A stretch of 64,000 nt of DNA from positions 19,463 to 83,462 of IMG/VR virus record IMGVR_UViG_3300026488_000246; one strand, given 5' to 3'. The position numbers and the translations under genes are program-made. The number at the start of each line of letters is the position of its first letter. The stretch's first letter is position 1. Below the pieces are notes generated by a model, which did no database searches, was not told where the DNA came from, and was given only the letters and a program-made list of their open reading frames with translations. The stretch comes from a virus (taxonomy: Duplodnaviria > Heunggongvirae > Uroviricota > Caudoviricetes). Below, in pieces: positions 29,143-38,788 of the stretch.

Positions 29143-30273
29143 ATGGCTGATGTACAATTCCACTATGTTGATGGTCCAATGATTTTTGTAACAACACCTT
29201 TATATCAGCTTGAAAAGAATCCAAGACAAACTTGGATGGGATTACAACACACTTTAAGAATCTGTTATTGGAATGATATTGAAGATTACGAATTACTATT
29301 ACATTTCATTGTGACAGATCAAATCGATATTAGATCAAGAAGAGATTCATTTAGATCTGAATTCAAGTTTCTTCTAAACTATGAAGAAGTTGTCACATTT
29401 GCAAGTGATATAAGGGAGGTTGTGCCTCAAATTATGCAACCTTTAAGCGCTGGACAAACCACTTCAGTATTCATGATACCTGTTAAGAATAGAAACTTTA
29501 AAATACAGGGTTTTATCGACCCTGCAGGACGAGTTAGAGTTGGTATAGAGCTTGAAAAGCCTCATGATAATCTAAAAGCAAGATTTTCAATGAGTCTTAA
29601 CAAATTCAGAGAATTTATAGCTGCTGTTAATGCTTGTGTTAATAACTGGCATAATACTCTAACTTTGTCCTATTATCAGTTTTCAAGATTAGGGAAAGGT
29701 ATTGTCCACATTGAGAAAACCTTATCACAAAGAATTGCTCAATTGGAATCTAAACTGGAATCTTTAACCACAAGCAATAACATCATAACAAACATAGATG
29801 TTAAAGCAACTGATTCATCGACAGTTAATACTCAAGAAATAACAACGGAAAATACCAAAGAACATGAAGAAATCTTTGAAATAGATGTATCACAACAAAT
29901 GATGAATATTAATACAGATAAAGTTAAAGAGAACGAGCAAAAAGTTATAGACAAAATTGATGAAATATTTAGCAATAAGATTCAGAAGAAACTACAAGAA
30001 ACTAAACTACCTTTGAGTCTGATAGATCACATTTCACAACTTAAACCATATATACTTGAAACAGATAATCTTTTTGGATTTGTTGCATCTAATCAAGAAA
30101 AGCTTAAGGAAGTATTACTTAAGTGTGGTGTATCTGAAACCTACATTGACTCACAGAGTAAACTAATAGCTTTTATGTATTCTCTTCGTGATCTTCTAAA
30201 AGGAAAGGAACCAAAGAGTCCTCTTGAATTCTTCATTCAAGAATTACTTCATAACAAGGAGGTAAGTGCATAA
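29143..30273 (+). CDS. Hypothetical protein with central coiled coil
   Basis: 376-aa ORF with strong RBS. Confidence 0.7.
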   Translation: MADVQFHYVDGPMIFVTTPLYQLEKNPRQTWMGLQHTLRICYWNDIEDYELLLHFIVTDQIDIRSRRDSFRSEFKFLLNYEEVVTFASDIREVVPQIMQPLSAGQTTSVFMIPVKNRNFKIQGFIDPAGRVRVGIELEKPHDNLKARFSMSLNKFREFIAAVNACVNNWHNTLTLSYYQFSRLGKGIVHIEKTLSQRIAQLESKLESLTTSNNIITNIDVKATDSSTVNTQEITTENTKEHEEIFEIDVSQQMMNINTDKVKENEQKVIDKIDEIFSNKIQKKLQETKLPLSLIDHISQLKPYILETDNLFGFVASNQEKLKEVLLKCGVSETYIDSQSKLIAFMYSLRDLLKGKEPKSPLEFFIQELLHNKEVSA

Positions 30274-30791
30274 TGTCAAGAGTACAATCTCCAAACTTTA
30301 AGTATATTCCATCAAGATGCTATACATTGAAACTTAAACTATGGAATACTCCTACTAAAATTGTTGTATGTGCTAACAAAGTTGAACCAGAAATAGAATA
30401 TGTGATCATCAAGACAAAACATCCAGAAATTGATATGTTTCAGATACATGATGAAGAAACATTAAAAGCTTTCTATAAACTCTTTGGTATCAAGTATAAC
30501 AATTATCGTTCATCAAAACTTGATATAAGAATGCAATTTCTAGGACATATAACGAATCCCAAGAGTAAACTTGTCTTCAATGAATCTATCATATACAATT
30601 GCTATAAACCAAGTAAGAATGTTATAATCCGGAACAAAACAACTCATTATGGAATATGGAACGAAGAATATGAAACACTTTTCTTGATAATTGAAAGACA
30701 GATGTTTAAGGATAATAGAAAGGTAGCCAGAAGTATTGGATGTCTAATTTCAAAACGAGATACAATCGTAACTCTTTGGAATGTTATTTAG
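30273..30791 (+). CDS. Hypothetical basic protein
   Basis: TAATG overlap, RBS GGAGG. Confidence 0.65.
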   Translation: MSRVQSPNFKYIPSRCYTLKLKLWNTPTKIVVCANKVEPEIEYVIIKTKHPEIDMFQIHDEETLKAFYKLFGIKYNNYRSSKLDIRMQFLGHITNPKSKLVFNESIIYNCYKPSKNVIIRNKTTHYGIWNEEYETLFLIIERQMFKDNRKVARSIGCLISKRDTIVTLWNVI

Positions 30792-30803
30792 AGGAGGCAA
30801 GTA

Positions 30804-31706
30804 ATGTATCTATTTGCTAATGAACTACCATCTCTGATAGTTATGGATATCTTAACGTCTATTGCTGTTAAAGTTAAAGATCACCTATATCATAAACCAA
30901 AACATGTGATACTTGGTCATTCAACAGCCGTACTTAGACAATGGCAACAAATGAAACTTTATGAGAATGACGAAGAGAGGGAGAGAGAACTTACGTCTCC
31001 CTCTCTTCCTATTCTTTCCATTGTACCTAACGATTTACAACCAGATCAAGCACCATTTGCATGGCATAGAGATTTAGCATCCATAAATAGAAGAATGGGA
31101 TTTTGCATTATTAGGACGGATGATTTCATGATTAAATACGTTCCTTATTTGTATACTATCAGGTTCAGCATGATATTCACAGGAAGAAGTTTCCCTGATG
31201 TAACTGATGCCAAGATAGCTGTAGAAGAATTATTCTCTACAAGGCAGATGAATGAGTATGAAATCACAAGCCTTATAGCTCTACCAGTTTCATCTATTGA
31301 AAGTGTTGTAGATCCATCTATATTAACTTCAATTCAGGCCTACATACCGAAATCAATGATTAAACTCATTGGAGAAGAAAGATACACTATTCCATTTCAA
31401 CTTAGGTATTTCTTAAGATGTATGGGGCAATCTGAGAATTCACAACTGTTTGGTGAGCAAGGTTTACCAAACTATTCTGTTAGTTTTGATTTTGAATTGA
31501 TAGTAAACCTTCCAACAAAAGTCTATATGGAGTATGCAGGAAAAATTTTGCAGATTGATTGTAAGTTACATACAAATACAGATTATGAAAGTGAATCTGA
31601 GAAAGAAGGACTAAGCAAGGATGATATTACTATAGTTGAACAAAAGGATTTAAAAGTAGATAGTGAAACAGGAAGTTTTATCATATATACGATACTATTC
31701 TGTTAG
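30804..31706 (+). CDS. T4 gp15-like tail terminator / sheath stabiliser; C-terminus altered by a local duplication
   Basis: SLPILSI, YVPYLYTIRFSMIF..D..IAVEELF, VSFDFEL pattern. Confidence 0.55.
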   Translation: MYLFANELPSLIVMDILTSIAVKVKDHLYHKPKHVILGHSTAVLRQWQQMKLYENDEERERELTSPSLPILSIVPNDLQPDQAPFAWHRDLASINRRMGFCIIRTDDFMIKYVPYLYTIRFSMIFTGRSFPDVTDAKIAVEELFSTRQMNEYEITSLIALPVSSIESVVDPSILTSIQAYIPKSMIKLIGEERYTIPFQLRYFLRCMGQSENSQLFGEQGLPNYSVSFDFELIVNLPTKVYMEYAGKILQIDCKLHTNTDYESESEKEGLSKDDITIVEQKDLKVDSETGSFIIYTILFC

Positions 31707-31781
31707 TTTTGATTTTGAATTGATAGTAAACCTTCCAACAAAAGTCTATATGGAGTATGCAGGAAAAATTTTGCAGATTGA
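31471..31781 (+). repeat. Exact 88-bp direct repeat (31471-31558 = 31694-31781)
   Basis: ACTATTCTGTTAGTTTTGATTTTGAATTG...TTTTGCAGATTGA present twice, 223 bp apart. Confidence 0.92.
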
Positions 31782-31891
31782 AAGAAGACAATAAGGATGA
31801 TGCTGTCATAATTGAGCAAAGAGATCCAGAAATAGATGATAAAACTGGAAGCTTTATCATTCATACGATTCTTAAAGCGGAAGAACAATAA
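31782..31891 (+). pseudogene. Orphan second allele of the gp15-like C-terminus
   Basis: Encodes KEDNKDDAVIIEQRDPEIDDKTGSFIIHTILKAEEQ*, homologous to KEGLSKDDITIVEQKDLKVDSETGSFIIYTIL. Confidence 0.75.
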
Positions 31892-31924
31892 TTAGCTAAT
31901 TTCATCAATGGAGGTTTAGAATCA

Positions 31925-32566
31925 ATGTCTTTAGAAGCTCTTACAGAACTGCTTGAATCTTCCAAACAGCAACTAGAAAGCGATGAAAAGGATCTAACAG
32001 TTAAAGATACTAAAACTGGTATATATCTTGCTTTAAGAAGGAAAAACTTCAATGATGAGAATGAAGAAAAGAGATTCTTCAAAGCTGCTGAAAGAATTAT
32101 CAGAGGTTCTTTAGAATACAGAGAGTGGGTATCTTTTGTAAAAGATACATTACAACTTGATGTTTGTGCATTCACAGGTGAAACAGATGAAGAAACTAAC
32201 GATATAGAGATACATCATCATCCGTTTACATTATATGATATAGTGCAAATGGTTACAGATACATATATCATGAATGATAAAGAATTCTGTTCTTTCGATA
32301 TAGCACAAGAAGTGTTAGATTTGCATTACAAACTTAAGGTTGGCTTTGTTCCCCTAATCAGATCACTGCATAAGAAATTTCACAATGGCTATCTTGATAT
32401 ACCTATTGAGCTTGTGCACGGAGATTACGAATATCTCAAGAAAACGTACTTTATCAGACCAGAAACTCTTGAGAAGGTTGAAAAATACGAGAAAATAAAG
32501 CTTGAGCATGTTGGTCTTTACAAATGGGCTAAAGATAGATACAACATTCAAGAAGGTGAGAAGTAA
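31925..32566 (+). CDS. Conserved large-phage protein with His-rich (HNH/His-Me-like) motifs
   Basis: IRGSLEY..W, VCAFTG, IEIHHHPFTLYDIV, LHY..VGFVPL..LHKKFH. Confidence 0.5.
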   Translation: MSLEALTELLESSKQQLESDEKDLTVKDTKTGIYLALRRKNFNDENEEKRFFKAAERIIRGSLEYREWVSFVKDTLQLDVCAFTGETDEETNDIEIHHHPFTLYDIVQMVTDTYIMNDKEFCSFDIAQEVLDLHYKLKVGFVPLIRSLHKKFHNGYLDIPIELVHGDYEYLKKTYFIRPETLEKVEKYEKIKLEHVGLYKWAKDRYNIQEGEK

Positions 32567-33042
32567 TGTATACAACCAAGTTGGACTATCTTGTTCATGA
32601 AATAGATAATGACTTGTATAATCATAAGCATTATAGACCCATAGTTGTTATTGATGGTGTAGAACTCCATCATTTGATTATCCCTGATGTAAGCTTATAT
32701 ATCTTTAACTTTTTCTTTGATTCATCTAAACAACCGATTAATGATGAGTCTGTTGATATTGATATACAATCCAAATCTAAGTATGGTTCACCTTATGCAT
32801 ATCCTTTGCTATTGTTTATCAATGGTCAAACTGGACTGCAAGATATACCTGGGAAAACAATGTATTTCCCAAATGCTTTGAATGAATTTGCAAACAAGTT
32901 TAAGGATAAGTACTCCAATCATAAAGAAATAGCTATTGAGCATGATTATGTTGAATTTGTAAAGGAACTGCAGATTGATACTGTAGGTTCTACATATGAA
33001 GATGTAAAAAGCAAATTTGGACCAATCTTTGCGGAGGCATAA
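32566..33042 (+). CDS. Hypothetical protein
   Basis: TAATG overlap. Confidence 0.7.
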   Translation: MYTTKLDYLVHEIDNDLYNHKHYRPIVVIDGVELHHLIIPDVSLYIFNFFFDSSKQPINDESVDIDIQSKSKYGSPYAYPLLLFINGQTGLQDIPGKTMYFPNALNEFANKFKDKYSNHKEIAIEHDYVEFVKELQIDTVGSTYEDVKSKFGPIFAEA

Positions 33043-33048
33043 GAAATC

Positions 33049-33975
33049 ATGGAGATACATAACATTGACAAACTTCATCTAAAAGCAATGATTAGTTCAT
33101 ACAACATAGATGTACCAGACAAAGTGCAATGTATTCTTGATACATACAATCTTAAGCTTGTAGTTTTACATGAACCACAATTAGAAGATGAGTTAAAGTC
33201 TTTAATTGAAGAAACTAGGAACAGAAAAGATACATTTATGATCTTCGTAATCGATAGTGAACCAATGTTAAAACACGCTTTACAATTTACAGAAGAAAAG
33301 GGAGTTTCAGCAACAGCTACACAAACAATGGTTTATCTGATAGCTAGATCATATTACTTTTATGCTTTTTATTTCAACAAAGGTATGAGAGCTTATGCTT
33401 TAAACAATACAGAATTCATTAGAGCTATTGTATCTACATTGATTACATTAGTTGCAGTAAGTGCTAGAAAATCTTATATTGCATTAAGACCAGAAGATAT
33501 GTCTGATATCAAGATCATATGCACTATATTTGCTTTATATTGCATACTTGGTTTGCATAAGAAATCCGAAGTATTGAAAGCTTTAAATCATCTTGATATA
33601 GGTGTATTCAACAAATTCAGAGTGCTTATATTCTACAATCATTTCATAAAACATTCCAAGAGCTCCAAATCTTTAGCTCATATTTTAGGTGAAATTCAAG
33701 GTTGGAATAAAGTAGCTCAAGATACTCTGATAATCAACATAACTAGAATCTTAGGCCCTACACTTACTCGTATTCTTGTAACATGTGATGCATTTGAAGA
33801 TGAACTCATTACTTATGCGTGGAAGCTTTCAAATCTTTACTTCTATTACAAGATTGGTATGATTCATAAGGAAGCTAATGTTGGTTCTCTTAATAAGCTA
33901 ACACAATTTGAATTTGCTAAGATTCTTAAGAACCTTGATAAGTTTACTAAGATGATTCACTATGGTAGGTGTTGA
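33049..33975 (+). CDS. Hypothetical protein
   Basis: 308-aa ORF, RBS GGAGG. Confidence 0.7.
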   Translation: MEIHNIDKLHLKAMISSYNIDVPDKVQCILDTYNLKLVVLHEPQLEDELKSLIEETRNRKDTFMIFVIDSEPMLKHALQFTEEKGVSATATQTMVYLIARSYYFYAFYFNKGMRAYALNNTEFIRAIVSTLITLVAVSARKSYIALRPEDMSDIKIICTIFALYCILGLHKKSEVLKALNHLDIGVFNKFRVLIFYNHFIKHSKSSKSLAHILGEIQGWNKVAQDTLIINITRILGPTLTRILVTCDAFEDELITYAWKLSNLYFYYKIGMIHKEANVGSLNKLTQFEFAKILKNLDKFTKMIHYGRC

Positions 33976-33983
33976 TACTAGAA

Positions 33984-34033
33984 AACCTAACCTAATAACC
34001 TTATACAACTTTATTACAAAATGAAACGTTTCC
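33984..34033 (+). promoter_or_regulatory. Motif A copy 5
   Basis: Identical to copy 1; before 34047. Confidence 0.75.
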
Positions 34034-34046
34034 GAGGTTTTCCAAT

Positions 34047-35120
34047 ATGGCTATCACATTTAAGGATGTCATACAAGATTTGGTAACCAAAAACAACTTT
34101 GCTTTGTTTTCAAATCTCAATGAGCGATACAAAGACTTGGTTAATGCAATACGAGAAAATGCAGATAATGAAATTCGTCTTTCAGATATTTCGAGTGGTT
34201 CATTTGCTTCTAGATTAAAGGCTCTTATATCTTTAGCAAGAGGAGCTAAACTTCTTGATAATTCTAGCAACGAAGTTAAACTTGGAATTCTGGATAGAAT
34301 AGGTCTGACATTCATGTTTATTGGTTCAGTACATATTCTTGCTGGATCAAGAGTGATACATTTCTTAAGAAATAAAGGTTGTGAGAACGCATCAACAGAG
34401 CAATTTCTCAAAGAAGGTGTTATTGCTACTGTACTAGGACGTGTAACTTTAATGATTGGTGAAAGAGCAGCACGTTTAATCTGTACTAAACCAAATCTTG
34501 GTGGATTTGGAATACTCGTAATGATTTCTGCTGGTATAGCATTTATGGATATTGGTTTTGCTCTCATAAGAAATGAAGAGTTACATAAAGCAATTCAGAG
34601 TTTCTATTTACCGTTTAAACAACAAGCAAAAGACTTTATAAATAGAGTAATACAACAAGCTGAAAAGCATAATGAATTATCAAGAGCCACAAGATTCTTC
34701 CTTTCAATGTATAAAGGACTAAAATTTACATATGCAAAGATAAGAGCAATAGTTACAGCTATTTCAGGATTACTTAGCAAAAATGAAAGCTATACAGCAA
34801 AAGATTATGTATTACTTCAAGAACAACTAGGTGCAGCAATATCAAGAATAGTCTCTGCTATCTTTAAAATAGCTGGTGTTGCAACTCTTCTTGCAGTTGG
34901 TATAAAGGTTCTTGATGAGTTATCAGGTGGACAATTACTTAAGAAACTTTCTAATGAAAACACTCCTTATAGTCCATTGTTTAGAAAACTAAAAGAATAT
35001 TATGATACAAAAGTTGATCCAGTAATCAATAAACTATTTGGGAAAGAGACTAACGCAGAGCAACAACCTAAAGAAAATCCACAATCCTCTGGTGAAGAAA
35101 GTAAAGAAGCTACAGCTTAA
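34047..35120 (+). CDS. Hypothetical helical protein with hydrophobic segments
   Basis: Several Gly/Ala-rich hydrophobic stretches; follows motif A. Confidence 0.65.
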   Translation: MAITFKDVIQDLVTKNNFALFSNLNERYKDLVNAIRENADNEIRLSDISSGSFASRLKALISLARGAKLLDNSSNEVKLGILDRIGLTFMFIGSVHILAGSRVIHFLRNKGCENASTEQFLKEGVIATVLGRVTLMIGERAARLICTKPNLGGFGILVMISAGIAFMDIGFALIRNEELHKAIQSFYLPFKQQAKDFINRVIQQAEKHNELSRATRFFLSMYKGLKFTYAKIRAIVTAISGLLSKNESYTAKDYVLLQEQLGAAISRIVSAIFKIAGVATLLAVGIKVLDELSGGQLLKKLSNENTPYSPLFRKLKEYYDTKVDPVINKLFGKETNAEQQPKENPQSSGEESKEATA

Positions 35121-35132
35121 AGGAGCTAGATC

Positions 35133-35864
35133 ATGAATTTCCTTAATGTATTATGTGATATGTGGTTCATCAGAAATGGTGAGCAAAGATCATCTAAAGT
35201 ATATAGAGCTAAGGTTGTAGACAATAAAGATCCATTATCTCAAAACAGAGTTAAAGTTTACATACCAGAATTGATGAAGAGGGTATCTGGTGTTTGGGCC
35301 AGACCCTCTTATCATTTTCGTAAACAAGCCATTACTCCGCAAATAGGTGATGTAGTTCTTGTAGTTTTTGAAAATGGAAATTTTCAGTTGCCTGTTTATG
35401 TTGGTCATGTAAGGCTTACCTGTCCACAAGGTGATAAACATAATCATTGTGGTTATATTGAAGAAAAGATTAAGGACTATCAACATGCACCAGAAGATTA
35501 CTGGCTACTTGAAACGCCAGATAATAGAAGATTTAGAGCAAACGATTATAATAAGCAAATACAGATTGAATCATTTAACACTAAACGTATAATAGAAATA
35601 GATGACCAACATGACTACATTGAGATAAGATCTGAAAACACATCAAGAAGAATTAAGATTGATGATGATGCTAAAAAGATTGTAATAGAAACTCCGAAAA
35701 GTGTAATTGAAATTGATGATAATGAACCTCACATTGATGCAAGAATAGGTAATACGAAAGCTCACTTAACTCCAAAATCAGCTGATGTTTCATGTGGATC
35801 ATCTAACATCCATATAGATAATCATCAGATAAGAGCTAAAGCTTCTGTTATTATGCTCAACTAG
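35133..35864 (+). CDS. gp5/VgrG-like baseplate central spike
   Basis: YRAKVVDNKDPL..NRVKVYIP, WARP, PQIGDVVLVVFENGN..PVYVG OB fold, then IEIDD beta-helix repeats. Confidence 0.85.
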   Translation: MNFLNVLCDMWFIRNGEQRSSKVYRAKVVDNKDPLSQNRVKVYIPELMKRVSGVWARPSYHFRKQAITPQIGDVVLVVFENGNFQLPVYVGHVRLTCPQGDKHNHCGYIEEKIKDYQHAPEDYWLLETPDNRRFRANDYNKQIQIESFNTKRIIEIDDQHDYIEIRSENTSRRIKIDDDAKKIVIETPKSVIEIDDNEPHIDARIGNTKAHLTPKSADVSCGSSNIHIDNHQIRAKASVIMLN

Positions 35865-35880
35865 GTGAGAGGATAGTTTA

Positions 35881-36885
35881 ATGAAAACAAGTAATACTTT
35901 AGATAAAGCATTTGCTGCTTTAGCTTACAGGATTAACATCTACCTTCAAAGAGACCCAAGACAACTTGAAAGATTTTTTGAAAGGCAAAAAGAATTGCTC
36001 AATGAGAGACCTTTACTTAGAAAACTTTACAAAATGATGGTTCTACAGTACAAACTCTTACTAGAAACTGCATCTATACTTACATCATTGTTTCAAACTG
36101 CTAAAGCTGACCTTCCTGATGAATTGATGCCTATCTTTACTTCAGCTTTGAAAATTGAAAAACTCAAAGCAAACGCTATATCAGTTGTAAAACGTTACAA
36201 AGCCTTTGGTATTTCAACCAAAGTTATTGATGATAATGATACATTAGCTCAAGCTCTTGCTCATCAAGATGTAGCAAAACATGCTGCTTTAGGAGATAAG
36301 GATCTTCAAAAAGTCATCAAGAAATACTACGAGATAATTAAGAAACAGAGACAAGAAATGGAAGAAGTTAGGAAAGCTGTTAACATTGTAAGGAAAGAAT
36401 ATGAACAAAGATTGCAGCAACTTAAAACTAAGAAAGAATCTATTCAAGTAGAAGCATTTGAGAGCTTCAAAAAATTAATACGTAAACTAGTTGATAAAGT
36501 TATGTCTTTCCTTTACAAACTTTACAAACAGATTTCTATAGTAATTGGAACCGTTGATGCTTACATTCAAAAGCTTTTAGAAAAATATCAAGAAAAACTT
36601 ATATCTAAGGTAGCAGGAAATAACATAGCCGCTAGGATGGTATATTCTGTAATATTTGCTACATTAGTAGGAACTGTTGGCCAAAAAGCATGGACAAAGT
36701 TTATTTCAGCTTTACCTCTTGTTGGTCCAGTAGCTACAGTTGCAATCATTATTAAATTTGTGAAGTCTTTTTCTAGTATTGAAACTACCACCTACCAAAC
36801 AGCTAGTGCAGTTGTATCTATGGCAAGAGGTTTTGAATCTGTTATCGAGCAATTTGATCAAGAATTTCAAAGCTTGGACCTATAG
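35881..36885 (+). CDS. Coiled-coil protein with C-terminal hydrophobic segments
   Basis: Long heptad region then two hydrophobic helices. Confidence 0.65.
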   Translation: MKTSNTLDKAFAALAYRINIYLQRDPRQLERFFERQKELLNERPLLRKLYKMMVLQYKLLLETASILTSLFQTAKADLPDELMPIFTSALKIEKLKANAISVVKRYKAFGISTKVIDDNDTLAQALAHQDVAKHAALGDKDLQKVIKKYYEIIKKQRQEMEEVRKAVNIVRKEYEQRLQQLKTKKESIQVEAFESFKKLIRKLVDKVMSFLYKLYKQISIVIGTVDAYIQKLLEKYQEKLISKVAGNNIAARMVYSVIFATLVGTVGQKAWTKFISALPLVGPVATVAIIIKFVKSFSSIETTTYQTASAVVSMARGFESVIEQFDQEFQSLDL

Positions 36886-36914
36886 GGTTATGGGTCAATT
36901 ATGGCCCATAACCC
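36885..36914 (+). terminator. Intergenic hairpin (family member)
   Basis: GGGTTATGGGTCA-ATTA-TGGCCCATAACCC. Confidence 0.6.
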
Positions 36915-36959
36915 AGATCTTTTGTCCTTCCAAAACAACATCAAAAGGAGGAGATAGTA

Positions 36960-38393
36960 ATGGGACAGTTCATCAAAACATGCAAAAGGACTGATGTAAG
37001 GCTAATGTTTGGGAATAATGAAGTTAGGTGGAAACCAACAGCTACCATTAGAAACAAGTTTTGCCAAGTGGTAGCTCCTGCAATTGAAAGAGTATTGAAT
37101 ATGGTATCTTCCAAACTTGCTCAAAGATACAAAGATCTTCTGTTTGCAATTTTAGTCAATAAAGATAAATCAAAGATTGATGAATGGATTGACACCATAA
37201 TTCAGATAACTGATCAAACATATGCTAAAATTGAGGAAGAAGATAAGATTGAATATCCTGATTTATCAAAGGACTTTGATGATCCTGTAACAGTAGAAGA
37301 ATTTAGACAGTTCCACAAACTTTCAATTGCATTAAGATTGGCAAGTTTCGTTGTGCATTATTATTGGGTGGACGAACTATCAATCAATACAAACTACATT
37401 GTCGATAGAATCGTAAGACATTACATTTCTAAACAAACGATGAAAAAGATTCTTGATTTTATTATTACTACTGTTAACAATTCTCTTTATGCTAGAGAAG
37501 CTATGTGGAAATATCTTACAGAAACAATTGGTATTACACCAGAAAGAAGAATTCAGATGGATCTCAACTACTTCTTTAAAGCTATGATGATATACTTTGA
37601 TGCATCTAAACAACCTAATGTGATGTCTTATTTAGCAGCATTTATCAATCAATCTTTATACTATTTGTATACTGATACTTATGAAAGAAGTATGCAATAC
37701 GTCAACATAATGAAGGTTAGATTCACAAAACATTATAACTTGATTAAACAACAAGCTGTGTTTTTAACTTTTGATCTCATTTCAAACCTTATGAAGAAAA
37801 TCTTTCCTACACCTGCTTTTATAGAAAGTGATTTGCTTTCCAAAACATACAACATTACACCTTATGATGTAGTGCAAAAAGGTAAGTTTGTCAATCCTGT
37901 AACAAAGTATGTAACCTATCCATTGCTTCAATTCATTTATGAAATTGATGCAAACTACTACTCAGAGTACAGAGATATCAGATATGTTGAACTTTATCTA
38001 TCATTGATTACTGAAAATGTATTGAAGCTCCCTTATCTTGCTAAGCTTATGAGATCTGTTGCAGTTGACAAACATAAGAGAAAAATCAAGATAGCTAGAC
38101 AAAAATACGAATTATTTGAAAAACTTAAGTTTTCTGAGAAGAGAATATTCGATAAAAAGAAGTTTTTCATCAACGTAATTCAAGAAACTAAAAATTACCT
38201 CTATTATGATCCAGTACTACATGATATATACATTGTTGACCCAGATCAGATGTCTGACGAATACTTACAATTCTATAGAATGCTTTTGATTGAAAAGGAT
38301 AGATTAAGTAAACTTGTTGACCCAATTAGAAAATGGTATAATGTACCAGAAGCATTGAAATCAAGAACTCTAGAGCTTGAAGCTATCTTCTAA
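36960..38393 (+). CDS. Hypothetical protein with a possible sigma-70 region-2-like (gp55-like) segment
   Basis: FFKAMMIYFDASKQPNVMSYLAAFINQSL resembles the FD..K..N...Y pattern of T4 gp55; weak. Confidence 0.35.
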   Translation: MGQFIKTCKRTDVRLMFGNNEVRWKPTATIRNKFCQVVAPAIERVLNMVSSKLAQRYKDLLFAILVNKDKSKIDEWIDTIIQITDQTYAKIEEEDKIEYPDLSKDFDDPVTVEEFRQFHKLSIALRLASFVVHYYWVDELSINTNYIVDRIVRHYISKQTMKKILDFIITTVNNSLYAREAMWKYLTETIGITPERRIQMDLNYFFKAMMIYFDASKQPNVMSYLAAFINQSLYYLYTDTYERSMQYVNIMKVRFTKHYNLIKQQAVFLTFDLISNLMKKIFPTPAFIESDLLSKTYNITPYDVVQKGKFVNPVTKYVTYPLLQFIYEIDANYYSEYRDIRYVELYLSLITENVLKLPYLAKLMRSVAVDKHKRKIKIARQKYELFEKLKFSEKRIFDKKKFFINVIQETKNYLYYDPVLHDIYIVDPDQMSDEYLQFYRMLLIEKDRLSKLVDPIRKWYNVPEALKSRTLELEAIF

Positions 38394-38409
38394 TAAAGGA
38401 GGAACAGTT

Positions 38410-38784
38410 ATGGGTGTTAAGATTTCAATGGATGACATTATTAACCAAATTGTAGAAGAGCAACAAAAACTTAAAGACAAAAAGGAACATGTTAAGAAAC
38501 TTATAGAGACTCTTGCAAGTAAGCTTGAAGATAACAATGATAAATCTTACAGAAAAATTTCTCAACACTTACAAGGTGAAATTATCAAATCACTTGTATC
38601 TGCTCATGATCTAGATATCAAGATAAGTAATACGTTACTGAAATCATATGAGCAACTAGCAAGACTACTTAGGGAGATGGAGACTCAATCAGAAGTATCT
38701 GGTGATGAAATTGCCATGATTCTTCAAGCACTTACAGGAAATATACCAGAAGATTCAAAAACTAAAATCAATGTTAAGGAGTAG
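38410..38784 (+). CDS. Hypothetical coiled-coil protein
   Basis: RBS AGGAGG before ATG 38410. Confidence 0.7.
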   Translation: MGVKISMDDIINQIVEEQQKLKDKKEHVKKLIETLASKLEDNNDKSYRKISQHLQGEIIKSLVSAHDLDIKISNTLLKSYEQLARLLREMETQSEVSGDEIAMILQALTGNIPEDSKTKINVKE

Positions 38785-38788
38785 GTAG

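Noticed and set aside
31471-31891. Diversity-generating retroelement TR/VR pair
   Set aside because: The repeat is either exact or differs at all four bases with indels, not adenine-specific, and there is no reverse transcriptase in the window
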